From assembly GCF_964204865.1 (NCBI RefSeq), contig NC_135262.1:12524001-12588000 (forward strand): a DNA stretch of 64,000 nt, in the 5' to 3' direction. This document shows, one piece after another, positions 37,501 through 48,210 of the stretch. The translations under genes were made by a program, and so were the position numbers. The first letter of the stretch is position 1, and each line of letters starts with the position of its first letter. This DNA is from Styela clava (taxonomy: Eukaryota). The notes beneath the pieces were generated by a model that was not told where the DNA came from, searched no databases, and was given only the letters and a program-made list of their open reading frames with translations.

Positions 37501-40500
37501 TAATTAGTTTACCACATTATTTAATTCAATTTTTTTTTATTTATATGATAATCATTTTACTTCATTTAAATTTTTATACAAAAGGTCCCACTGACAGTGA
37601 AGACATGGATACTTCATCCGCCATTGATGCTTTAACAACGCCGAGATTTGAAGGTGGCTTAATATTATTGTTACCAATACCAAAATAATATAAAAAACGA
37701 ATAGTCAAAACGTGAATTCCTATATATGAATGTTATTCAGTTTGAAATCTTCTGGTCTGGCATGACTTTATCTTACAAATTTCGACAATATTCATTGTCA
37801 AAAAATGTGAGAATAAAATCGTCAAATTAAATAACCATACAGAAAATATGAAGATAGCAGACTCCCAAAGAAAATAGTCAATTTGTAAGCCCTTTGGCTA
37901 CTATTAACGCATCTGACATGATTATTTGATACGCTTTTCTGCTCTTTGAAATTCATTTTCGATTTGATTTTGCGTAGCGAATGAAAAATACCACTAATAC
38001 CGAAAATATTCAAACACAAATAATATTAACACATCATAGTAAGAAAAAGTAACTCGTGTGTGAGTCTGGACAAATAATCTGATTATTTAGAAGTGACATA
38101 AAATATTTTGGGTGCAGCGCGAATTGACAAATCCAACGTAAATAAATTTTGATTTTTATAGAAGGGTACCCAATAAAAAATGACATTGGAAAGAACAACA
38201 GCAGAAGATGGCCAATGAATTACGGAGAAATGTATTATACGCCCCTAGGTAGGTCTGTCACATAACCTGGTACATAAATTTCCTATGATTATTATTACTA
38301 TTTTTTATGTACTTTGTTCTCAAAAGCGGGTTCTCATGAGGGTTTTCATATCTCTCATGAGGGTTTTCATATCTCTAGAGAGTCCAGACACAGACTTGAT
38401 CTCCGTGGGCACAACGAATACCACATAAACCATTTACTTTTTTAACATATGAATAAGAACAATCACGAGGAATATTAGAACAATCGTAAATATCCCACAT
38501 GATGAATATTTATCATCATATTTTACTAAAAATTGCATTTTAATAAAACCATATATTTTTTTCCATATTTTCTTGGCGTGGTTCCTAAATTCAGTATACA
38601 TTTCAAGTATATTATACGTTGACAGATGATCGTCAAGAAAAAACATTTTCAAGAAAATCCAGAGCTGGTATTTTTACAAACAACCCAGTCTATCCGAATT
38701 CGAACCAAGGTTGGTATCTAAATATGATTAAATATAATGTGAGTATTTGGATTTCTGCTTGGCAATTTTTACGTGTCATTCATATTGTACCGCGAATTTA
38801 AAATATTTTCCAACGTCTCTTTTAAAATCCTTTGACTTTTATTATTAATTTGAAAGGCTTTTGCCAGCGATTGGTGGGTTTCATTGATCTCATCTAATCT
38901 ATTTACCCTGACTAGTAGTGGTCATGGTCGCAAAATAGATGTCTACGACGACTCAACATAGTTTAATCTCTAATTTATGATTGAACATTTTAACACAATT
39001 TTATAGACACGTACTCACACGAAAACATTAATATTTGCAGGTGAACAATATACGAACCAGCAACTACACTCGTCGTCGAAAGGTTAGTGGTTTGAAACAT
39101 AAGAATTGTATCCCTGCGACGTAACACGCTTGTCACAAACATAATATACTGAATTATACACCAGATTGGGTAGTACAACAATTTCATTTTTTAACGCTTT
39201 ATAATTCAGTTCAAGAAGAACCGAATGCTAGATATGTGCATCAACAATACTCTGATTACAATCAAAGCGAAGAGTACCGACGGAATCAATACGTTGCGAG
39301 AACAGGTGCGGGGAGATATTCAATGCCTTTACTTTTAGAACATAATAGCTTTTTATAATTTCACTCCGCTTGTATAATCATCCTTTTGGGAAGCATGACA
39401 ATGAAGCAATAATGAACTTGTTTCATCAATAGATAGTCAATTATCTTCGCACTGAATTTGAGAACTCTGCTCAAAATTTAGCGTTGTATACCAATTCTTT
39501 ACAAAAGAGAAAATGGGTCAAAAAATATGGCAGTACCTCAATTTATCATTGTATATTTACAGAATTTGATGCGCATGAAAGACAGTTTCCTGGATATCGT
39601 ATTTCAAGTGGTATGTAAAATATAATGGTTGTATTTCTGTCAAATAGAATTAAGGAATTTATTTGTACCCTTTGTCTTCGCTTCAGACCCCCTCGTTCGA
39701 ATTGTTATTCTGTTAAGTATAAATAAAATTAATACTCATACTATGTACCCAAGTTGTGATAAATATTGTCAAGTCGTCATAAAAATAAAAAGTAAATTGA
39801 TGCCATATTGTTACAGTAGAATTTGAAAAGCTAGCAAAAGTGCGACAGATGTTTGCTTTTTTACGAATGTGATCAAACTGTTACATCACCATAACAAACA
39901 CATTTTAATTTACTGATACGGCATCGATTTTTAACAGGTTTTCTAAATCTGTTAAGAGATTTTGAGAAAAAATTTTGGTTGAAGAATATGCTCAACGTAG
40001 AATCGTAGATAACAGTTAAGCGCACAAAAAGGAATAAGTCAAAATTTATTTTCAGTTTCTCCCGACTACCGCCAGGAGATGAGTCGTATTCCACCTCCCA
40101 CCGCAGACTACACTGTGCCCCCAACAGTTGCATATCCATCAACTGACGGACCTGGTTAGATTATTTCATTTCTTACAAATTAATATTTCCATAAGTATAA
40201 TCAAGTACAAAAAAATGGGTCTTTGATACGATTAAAACATTTTAGCGCGGGGATGGGGTAAATGAATCGAATATTTTACTCTATAATAGGTAGAACCATT
40301 GTGATGTAGCTGAATTCTGCCTACATCTATCGAATCACATACTCACAAGTTTATTTGAAAATGTAAGAGTTGAAGATTATGAGATATCCCATGACAAAGA
40401 AGTATTTAGGAATCATGTAATAGTGACAACAAAAAGATTTTATTTTCATATTGTGCCTGTATCTTATCAGTAACGGCATGACATTGTTCTATTTGATACC

Positions 40501-40936
40501 AAAATATTTCCCACCTCAGGTCCAAAACGAGGAACTCATCGGAGGAGACAAACTAGAGAACGCCACCATCCACTTGGTTGGTAATTCAATCTACTCCTCG
40601 AATTTATAAAATCATTATATGCATAAATAAATAAACACGTATTCTAACGCAGATCTATAGTTACATTTCCCTGTATTCAGCTTTTTATAATACGCCGTTT
40701 CTATAAGATCCTATGAACTGCATTATCAATGTGTGTGGACCAACTTATTATTACCTACTAAATCGTCGAACATAGCTCAACAAAATGTAGTCGGATACTT
40801 TTGATATCCACAATAAAATTAGAAAAGCAAATTTTACATTCTTGATCTATTCAATCTAGAGGATGGACACAACAGAGGAAGACGGGAAACACTAATGACA
40901 ATGAGATTCGACGTTTCCAACAATGACAATGGATGA
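34577..40936 (+). CDS. Uncharacterised protein: N-terminal RNI-like LRR-type region plus a low-complexity tail; ~14 exons, ~485 aa
   Basis: Exons 34577-34843, 34981-35145, 35230-35406, 35548-35610, 35919-36026, 36784-36844, 37585-37653, 38162-38248, 38626-38709, 39210-39305, 39563-39610, 40056-40154, 40520-40576 and 40860-40936 join in frame (1458 nt) with GT-AG sites. LRR-like segments: LQEISVREC, LSLDIREN, MQLLNINDN, KLYLKDC. Linkage of the 3' exons is inferred from phase compatibility only. Confidence 0.62.
36869..37138. mobile_element. pogo/Tigger-like MITE (TA TSD), internally deleted; a longer version appears to start at ~62547 in copy B
   Basis: TA|CCATATTTC...GCGGAGAAATACGG|TA ends and repeated TAATACGCACC subterminal motifs. 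Confidence 0.65.
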
Positions 40937-42049
40937 AAATTTTTTTAAAAGGAATAGACTGCTGAAAGAATGTTTTCCCGCTGTACATATATATATACTT
41001 CTTATTATAATGACATTCATTAACATAGCATACTTCGACTGTGAAAGCATTTTGAATTGGATTGTAAATAAGACTTGAATTAAGATTGAATGGGATAATG
41101 AGAAAATAATTCAAAACCATGTATGTCGACAATATATTGTTATGCGCAAAAACATGTAAGAACATCTACTTTAAAACTGTTAATTTATCATTTCAATGAA
41201 TTGTCGTTTTGTAGTTTCTGTTAACGAAAAAACACTACCATATTTTGTCTATTAGGATAGCTAAATAGCGCATTATCAATGGAAACCCAAAAGTTACCCA
41301 AAATCGTTAAAAACTATTTATCTTTGTCATGAACGAATTATGCAATAAATTTAATTTCAACCATTTTGGCAAGCCGACTTCAACGAAACTAATATTATCC
41401 CACAATAGAATGTACATTTCCATGGCTACGACTTAAATAATTACTTTTCAATTAACCCATAATAGGATTTGTAGAATTTGTGTTGATGATCGTAAAATCA
41501 AAAATTGTCAGAAATGTATCAATGAAGCGAATTTACGATATCATGTTTGTTTTTAATAATTTGAGGTCGACGTAAATGGATATAATTTGCAATTTTTTTA
41601 TTTTATTTTTTATAGTGTTAGTCATTGTAGGCATAGAGCGTTTTGATTGGAGTTTTGTATATACTATTCGAAATCTAAAATAAAATCAATGAAGGTGTCT
41701 TTGTCTACACTGTAAAAAATATTAAGGGCGATTTACAACCAAACGCGCGGCAGCAGCGATGCCATGCACTTCGTTGTGAACACAATATACAACTTCAGAT
41801 GTATTGTATCGTTGCAAGCGCTTGTAATTTTACAACCAAATGTATGTACTAGGCAAAAGCAGTGGGTTGGATGTCTCCGATTTTTACAGCCGTAGCGATG
41901 CTAACCTTAACTACAAGAAGAAGTTGTAAAACTAAACAACATCCGCAAAGTAACTCGATTAACCCTCATGCCAGCACTTGAAGAAATGAAATACAATTGA
42001 AAAGAAATCACTTTTAATAAAATATGTGATCAAATATCAGCAACGAAAT

Positions 42050-43998
42050 CATAGGCGTAGCCAGGGGGGGGGGGGCCAGAGGGGCCATGGCCCCCCCCAA
42101 AATTTTCAAGAATTCCATTCCTAATCCACCAGTTTTGTGGCATCTCGTCTCGTCACGCTTGTTGATTGTCATTGTTACGTCACAAAGACTTGACCGTTCG
42201 CTCTTATGAGCAGTATGGGAAAGACTGTTTCGCAAGCTTTCGGTCAGTTGCTCGGTCTTGATTTGTTCTCGCCGGATTTTTATTCGAAACGCTTGAATTT
42301 TGATGACCAAATTACTTCGATCAAATTACAAAATGAAATTCTCAAGGTAGCAAGCAACATGATAGTGCAAGATATCGTTATGGAGGCTAATAAATCGTTT
42401 GGGTCCGTAATAGCCGACGAATCATGTGATATTTCTGGGAAAGAACAACTAAGCATCGTTTTGAGGTATGTGAAAGGTGGTGAAGTGTGCGAGCGCTTCA
42501 CAGGATTAGTGGAAATGGATTCTGTTTCTGCCGAATCAATTTCCTCAAATATTTTGACCCACCTCTCTGGTATAGGAGTGGATGTGCAAAAACTTGTGGG
42601 GCAAGGCTATGATGGTGCAACGACAATGGCAGGTCACGTCAGCGGTGTGCAAAAACGCATTCGTGATAAATATCCGCGCGCAATATTTGTGCACTGCGCT
42701 TCTCATTGTTTGAATTTGGTCATAAATGACCAAAGTAAAGTTGCAATCATCAGAAGCACCTGTGATATCATTCGTGAGACTATTCGTTTTTTCAGGGAGA
42801 GCCCTAAAAGGCGCGCGGGTTTAAGAATTAACATCCCTTTGTTCTGCCCCACCAGATGGTCTGAGAAGTACAAGAGCATCCGAATCTTCAAATGCAACTT
42901 CAAACGAGTACTTGAGGCTCTTGATTCTTTGGCGAGAGATGCTAACAGTGAGACGCGGGCGAAGGCTTTTTCTCTGAAATCTGCTCTAGAAAAGTCGTCG
43001 GTTATCTACGCCGTATGTTTGATTGGTCGATATTCGGCACTAATGGAGTCACTAGCGCGCGCACTTCAGGCGGTCGGAGTCAGTGTGCCGTCAGTAAAGA
43101 ACCTCACATCCTCTCTTCAGAGCGTTATCGCTGAAGAACGCAATGACTCTGAAATCGCATTGAATATTTACAAAGAAGCTTGTGAAATAGCTGGCTTGAA
43201 AGAGTTGACAATACCCAGAGTAGTCGAAGTACAAGTGTATCGCGACAATGTCTGTGCTGATTCAGCATCCCAGTATTTTAAACGTTCCGTATATCTCCCA
43301 TACGTCGACGGCTTGAGCTGCTCTATTCGGGAACGCTTCATTGACAACCCATCATTTTTTTCATTGCTATCAATTCTTCCACCGAACAAACCAGTTCACG
43401 TGGATGAGGTAGAGCATCTGTATTTATTGGATAACCTCCAGAATGAAGTGAGACTGTGGAGAACTTTTTTAAGTTCCGACGTTGACGACGAATGTTTGGA
43501 GGGGCTTCTTCTGAGCTCTCGAGATTATCCAAGCGTGTACACCGCAATACAGATCGTTATGACGCTACCAGCAACCATCGTTGAGGCTGAGCGGTCTTTC
43601 TCCTGCATGAAACGGGTAAAGACATGGCTGCGCTCATCAATGACGTCCAATCGCCTTTCTGATTTGTGTGTGCTTCACTGTCACCGTGAAATGGTCACCG
43701 AGGAGAAAATTAATCGAGTTGTGTCGAGCATAGTTATCGGGAAGCGAAGGATGGACTTTTAATCGGGGCGATGTATTTTACTTATTTAAATTGCGTTGTT
43801 AATATTTGTTGTTTCAAATAAAAAATTGTTTATTAATGGATTTTGTATTCACAATATCCAGCTGAGTAATTGAATCAGTTTGCTTGTTGACCAACTGTTG
43901 TTGTTTTGCGCTTGAAGAACGGGTGTTTTAAACTCAATATAATTTCTAAAATTTTCAAATTTGGCCCCCCCCAAAATTTTGGGCTGGCTACGCCACTG
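42050..43998 (+). mobile_element. hAT DNA transposon, 1949 bp
   Basis: TIRs CATAGGCGTAGCCAG / CTGGCTACGCCACTG, subterminal GGCCCCCCCCAAAATTTT at both ends, and a perfect 8-bp TSD AACGAAAT (42042-42049, 43999-44006). Confidence 0.96.
42206..43762 (+). CDS. hAT transposase (PRKRIR/ZMYM1-like clade), intronless, 518 aa, apparently lacking the N-terminal DNA-binding region
   Basis: Motifs IADESCD, QGYDGA, HCASHCLNL (CxxH), PTRW, VEAERSFS and KTWLRSSM. The DDE triad and C-terminal dimerisation domain are intact. Confidence 0.93.
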   Translation: MSSMGKTVSQAFGQLLGLDLFSPDFYSKRLNFDDQITSIKLQNEILKVASNMIVQDIVMEANKSFGSVIADESCDISGKEQLSIVLRYVKGGEVCERFTGLVEMDSVSAESISSNILTHLSGIGVDVQKLVGQGYDGATTMAGHVSGVQKRIRDKYPRAIFVHCASHCLNLVINDQSKVAIIRSTCDIIRETIRFFRESPKRRAGLRINIPLFCPTRWSEKYKSIRIFKCNFKRVLEALDSLARDANSETRAKAFSLKSALEKSSVIYAVCLIGRYSALMESLARALQAVGVSVPSVKNLTSSLQSVIAEERNDSEIALNIYKEACEIAGLKELTIPRVVEVQVYRDNVCADSASQYFKRSVYLPYVDGLSCSIRERFIDNPSFFSLLSILPPNKPVHVDEVEHLYLLDNLQNEVRLWRTFLSSDVDDECLEGLLLSSRDYPSVYTAIQIVMTLPATIVEAERSFSCMKRVKTWLRSSMTSNRLSDLCVLHCHREMVTEEKINRVVSSIVIGKRRMDF

Positions 43999-45367
43999 AA
44001 CGAAATAGTATCAAATACACTCGAGAAGTGATCGTCTCCGCCAGCAAAATAGTTCATTTCATCTCTTCAAATAGGTGGAAACCATCTAAAAGATTCAACA
44101 TTGCAGTGGCCCTCTGTCACTTTTTCTTGCACAGGCTGTTTATCTTGGCAATTCGGCTGAAAAAAAAGGGCATAGCTGGTATAAAATGTAAGTAGTTGAG
44201 TGAGAAGTCAACATATTTACATATGTTATAACTTGATCTGCTGGGGTAAAATGATTCCATTAGCAAAGTGGTAGATTCATAGTATATTCAATGCTCAGAA
44301 GAAGTTAAATTTATTATAGGCTATATCATTTCTGAAGCTCGCAATTATATCATTATTTCTCCAAACAATGAAAATTGTTATATAGAAAGACAAAAAACTA
44401 TATTTGAATTTTTTTGTCTATTCATTGCACAAAAATCAACTTAGTGCAAGGAGGCTCACTATATACAGGTCAGTAACATGATGCTCATATTTATAAGCAA
44501 GGCTTTTTTTATTAAACAGTTAAGTCCATACCATTGCCATCGAAAAAAGAAACACCAATAGGCTACCAGTTCCTCATCTTTCCAGAAATTCTTTTGTAGT
44601 GTTGATACAATGACAGACTTGATAAGGGCCAAATGTGAATGCCCCAGAGGTAAAATGGCAGAATATGTTTGTCCACTTTCGAACTGAAAAGAATTAGCAG
44701 ATTGAAGATGTATGAAAATGATATAGGCATGAAAAGTTCATGACTGTCTACTGCAGTAGCTAATCTTGCAGTTTCACTAGAGATGTCTTTCCAGATGCAT
44801 TTTATTTTAGATTAGTCTAGTTCAAATCTCGAATCAGTCATTTCAAATCGCAGGGTAACTGAAATTACAATTTTACCAGTCTGCTAATAGGCTATTGTAA
44901 ATCCTTTTCTGCTTTTTAAGAATTAGGCTAACATTGTCTGAAATTTTTAAAAAATAAGAGACCTTTCTGCATTGGTGTAGACTACCTTGGTTTAGAACTC
45001 CAATAAATAGAATACCGGTAACAAAGATTAAACATGAGCAATTAAAAGTAAAACAACAGAATATGGTACAGTACAGCAGTAGGCCTACAATAGCTCATTG
45101 TCTAAATGCAGGGATGGGACATCTAGTACGGCAATGCTGTAGTTAACAGGCCAATCCAATTAATGCAAAATTGATTAATAATGACAGATGTGGCATAAAT
45201 TAACTCACCTTCCAAAACCTGAAGATCTACCGGTAGTCTACAAGCACCAGTAGTCCAGAGTTTACAACCTAGGTAACGGTACTTCTTTCTCCATACTTTC
45301 TGTTTTACAACCTTCAGATTCGCCAGTAGTTGGAGTCGTGACTGCCGTTTGAGAATGAGTGCTGTCA

Positions 45368-45405
45368 GTTGAATCAGAGCCATTATATAATGGCTCTGGT
45401 TGAAT
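45368..45405. other. Probable transposon excision footprint: 24-bp perfect palindrome between 7-bp direct repeats
   Basis: GTTGAAT-CAGAGCCATTATATAATGGCTCTG-GTTGAAT. Confidence 0.7.
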
Positions 45406-46036
45406 CACCAGTTTACATGATGCCTAAAATAAAATATCCTTCCACTCGATATAATATTAAGTGCAATATTAGGATTTTTTTTTATCGTAAGCTATAAATT
45501 CTATGTGGAGATGACATACGAAGCCGCAGGTTTACGTAGCATTGTATGACTTGCGCCTTATGACGCGAAGCCAAATTTGTATCAGTTTGGAACCAAATTC
45601 GTCGCACCAATGTATTTTTTATTGGCATGCATTTTGCTGATAATATGTGGAAGACTGTCTTCTGAGCTCTATGCTTTTGATTACTACCAAGTGGACTTAT
45701 TTTAACATAACCGCGAGATAGCTGTTTTCAGTACAGCCGTTTTTGTATGTTACGTATAATTCATTGTATATTTAACAACCGTATGTTTGTTTTATGATTA
45801 TGCAACAGTATATGTAATTTTACATCGTACAAGCGGTGAAATTACAACACGATGATGTAAAAATACGTATAAATAGTTGCTCGTCCAAAATACTGCCAAA
45901 CCATCGTATTTTTTACAAAGAAATGGCTGTAAAATTACAAAATTTTTTACAGTGCACCAATTTGAGCCTATTTTAACACCCTTAATTGAAATAGTCATTT
46001 CTCTTTGTTCAAACACGCTAGAAACATCACTTAGGT

Positions 46037-46855
46037 CAGTGCTCTTCAACAGGGGTTCCGCGGACCCTAGGGTTCCATAGTACATGCAGTGGGGTTCTGT
46101 GAGTTTATAGGGATCCCTAGGGGTTCCGTGTTTTTTTTTTTCAGGAAAAATCCTTTCTTGCTTCCAGCATGTTGTCCAAGTCCAAGTAGGCCAGATCGTT
46201 AAACATGAGGTTTAGTCACAGCGCAGTTAATGGACAAAACAGAAATATTCTCGGTTTTTGCGTCACTTTAGTCATTGTTATGGAACTAACAAAAACGCTA
46301 TTGTTGCACCATAGTTACACAATGTTCGAAGTATGTAGATATTGCTCGAGACTAGAGAGAGTATATACTAGAAACTAGAGTTGTTGTTCAGCTTTTGTTG
46401 GAATATATTATAAATAGTGTGAAACCCAACTTTTCAATATTTAGTCAATACAGATGAAGCAAAATAGTATATTTTCGGGGCTCCCGAAGTATGCGAACCA
46501 AGATGGCGGACATCGGAATGTAATATGTGTACTAGGTTAGGGTTAGGCCATAATTTTAGGTATAAATACTACGGGAGGCTCTTGGCTAGTCTTTGAACTG
46601 ATAATAGGACTAAAATAAGAAAAATTGGAAAAAAATTATCGCCTAACCCTAACCTGTTACCCATGTTACGTTCCGATGTCCGCCATCTTGGTTCGCATAC
46701 TCCGGGAGCACCATATTTTCTTATGTGAGGCGAAATAATAACAACGGTGACCTGCTCCTCCTCCGAAGCGAATCAAATGTAATTCAATTGCCAAAGTTAG
46801 AATTTTTTTTTAATTGGGGTTCCATAAAAAACGAAAAATTATATCAGGAGCACTG
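46037..46855. mobile_element. hAT MITE (copy B of 21080-21701) with a nested insertion
   Basis: TSD ACTTAGGT at 46029-46036 and 46856-46863. Confidence 0.9.
46477..46712. mobile_element. Palindromic MITE with GG termini and 8-bp TSD (Merlin-like), copy B only
   Basis: ~70-bp imperfect TIRs GG(G/T)GCTCCCG(A/G)AGTATGCGAACCAAGATGGCGGACATCGGAA...GGTTAGGGTTAGGC. TSD ATATTTTC (46469-46476, 46713-46720). Empty site in copy A at ~21557-21564. Confidence 0.9.
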
Positions 46856-48210
46856 ACTTAGGTATCTCCAAAAAGATTGTTTTGTACGTATTCTGGCAAC
46901 CGTCGCTTAAAATACGTAACCGGTCCCTCTAATATACATACGAACATACATGGAACTTTAAAAAATTTGTACACATAAAAATCACACTGTTGTAAAATAG
47001 ATAAATATATACAAAGTTAACACGAAGTTTTTATCGCCAATATTCCACTTTCTTGCGGTAATCTTCAATTCAATTTTTGCGAGTTACTGATACACGTCAC
47101 TTTCAACGCAAATGATCGTGCTTCGCGAAACCTTCGTACATTTTTGTTGAAAGAACGTCGGCCGCCGATTCTATATCTGAAATATGGAAAACAGCATGTA
47201 AAACATGTGCATTCGCATATGTTATGAATACTTTTAAAACCAGTAGAGTTTCAAAACCGAATCTTGCTTTGTCGGTTCCTCATCTCATAATGACACATCG
47301 TTGTCATCGTAATTTTACCCCTCCACGTCAGACCGAAATACGGCTCAAAGCTTCATCGGCATCGAACTCAACTCGTAATCGCCATTTTTCCATATTTGGT
47401 TTTGTTTCAGTGAAAAGTTATGCGGACACTAAAATGCACTTGGTATAATCGGATATGCTTGTTTGACCTTTCTTTTCTCGTCGAGTGTTTCCCACAGCGG
47501 GAATGATATAGCCCTGACATGACATTGTTATACGCAGCGAGAGAAATATAAGCGCAAATATACGCATGATATGTCATCTACATCGACAAGGAAAACAAAC
47601 ACAAAAAAAGCAATGACAAACTCGTCGCCGGACTGTAACTTGCAACAAGGATGGGCCAAGCCTGAACCAAGGATAAACACACACTACAACGCTGTTGTAG
47701 GTCGGACGACTCTGAAATACTTTTAACATTCCAAACACAATAAGTTAGCAACCTATAGCTAGATTATGGCTTGGAATAACGTGCTCATCTATAATTCACT
47801 TTCTGGAACAAAAAAGAACTGTTTAGCGCTGTTTTGATGAATGATGATTCCCGGTATACAAATTGGAGATCTAAAACATTTAAAACAGGTTTTGTACCAT
47901 ACCGTAAATAACATCTACCGAAACATGTTTGATTACACATCCCTTCAGGCAGAATACTGGTCCAGTCGTTTTTGAGTAAACAGTAAAGAAATAGCAAACA
48001 CATGTAAGTTCGGAGCCTAACTTGACTTGATAAGATTGTTTACTAATCTAGTGGACTAACCTACAATGTTTGTAGCAAGCAAGTAATGAGTATGTTACAT
48101 CAAAAAAAAAACACAGTGGGCTGTATAAACATATCTTGAACTGACAAGGTTTAAAAATTTCATTTGCTAACTATTGGCATTTGGATATAGTGATAAGCAT
48201 CACAAGCAAA

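Larger units (their letters stand above)
41708..45954. mobile_element. CACTA/EnSpm-like (CACTG-ended) non-autonomous element with a nested hAT
   Basis: 13-bp TIR CACTGTAAAAAAT / ATTTTTTACAGTG. Multiple TTACA(A)C and TGTAA subterminal motifs at both ends. The flanks (TA left, CA right) do not form a TSD. Confidence 0.65.

Noticed and set aside
40290-40362. Additional mini-exon of the LRR gene
   Set aside because: It has AG and GTAAG signals but an in-frame TAG and incompatible phase. It was left out, though it could be an alternative terminating exon.
44100-44690. BEN-domain-like peptide (LALIKSVIV...RIAKINSLCKKK)
   Set aside because: Depends on arbitrary splice choices, and the resemblance is too weak to call by eye.
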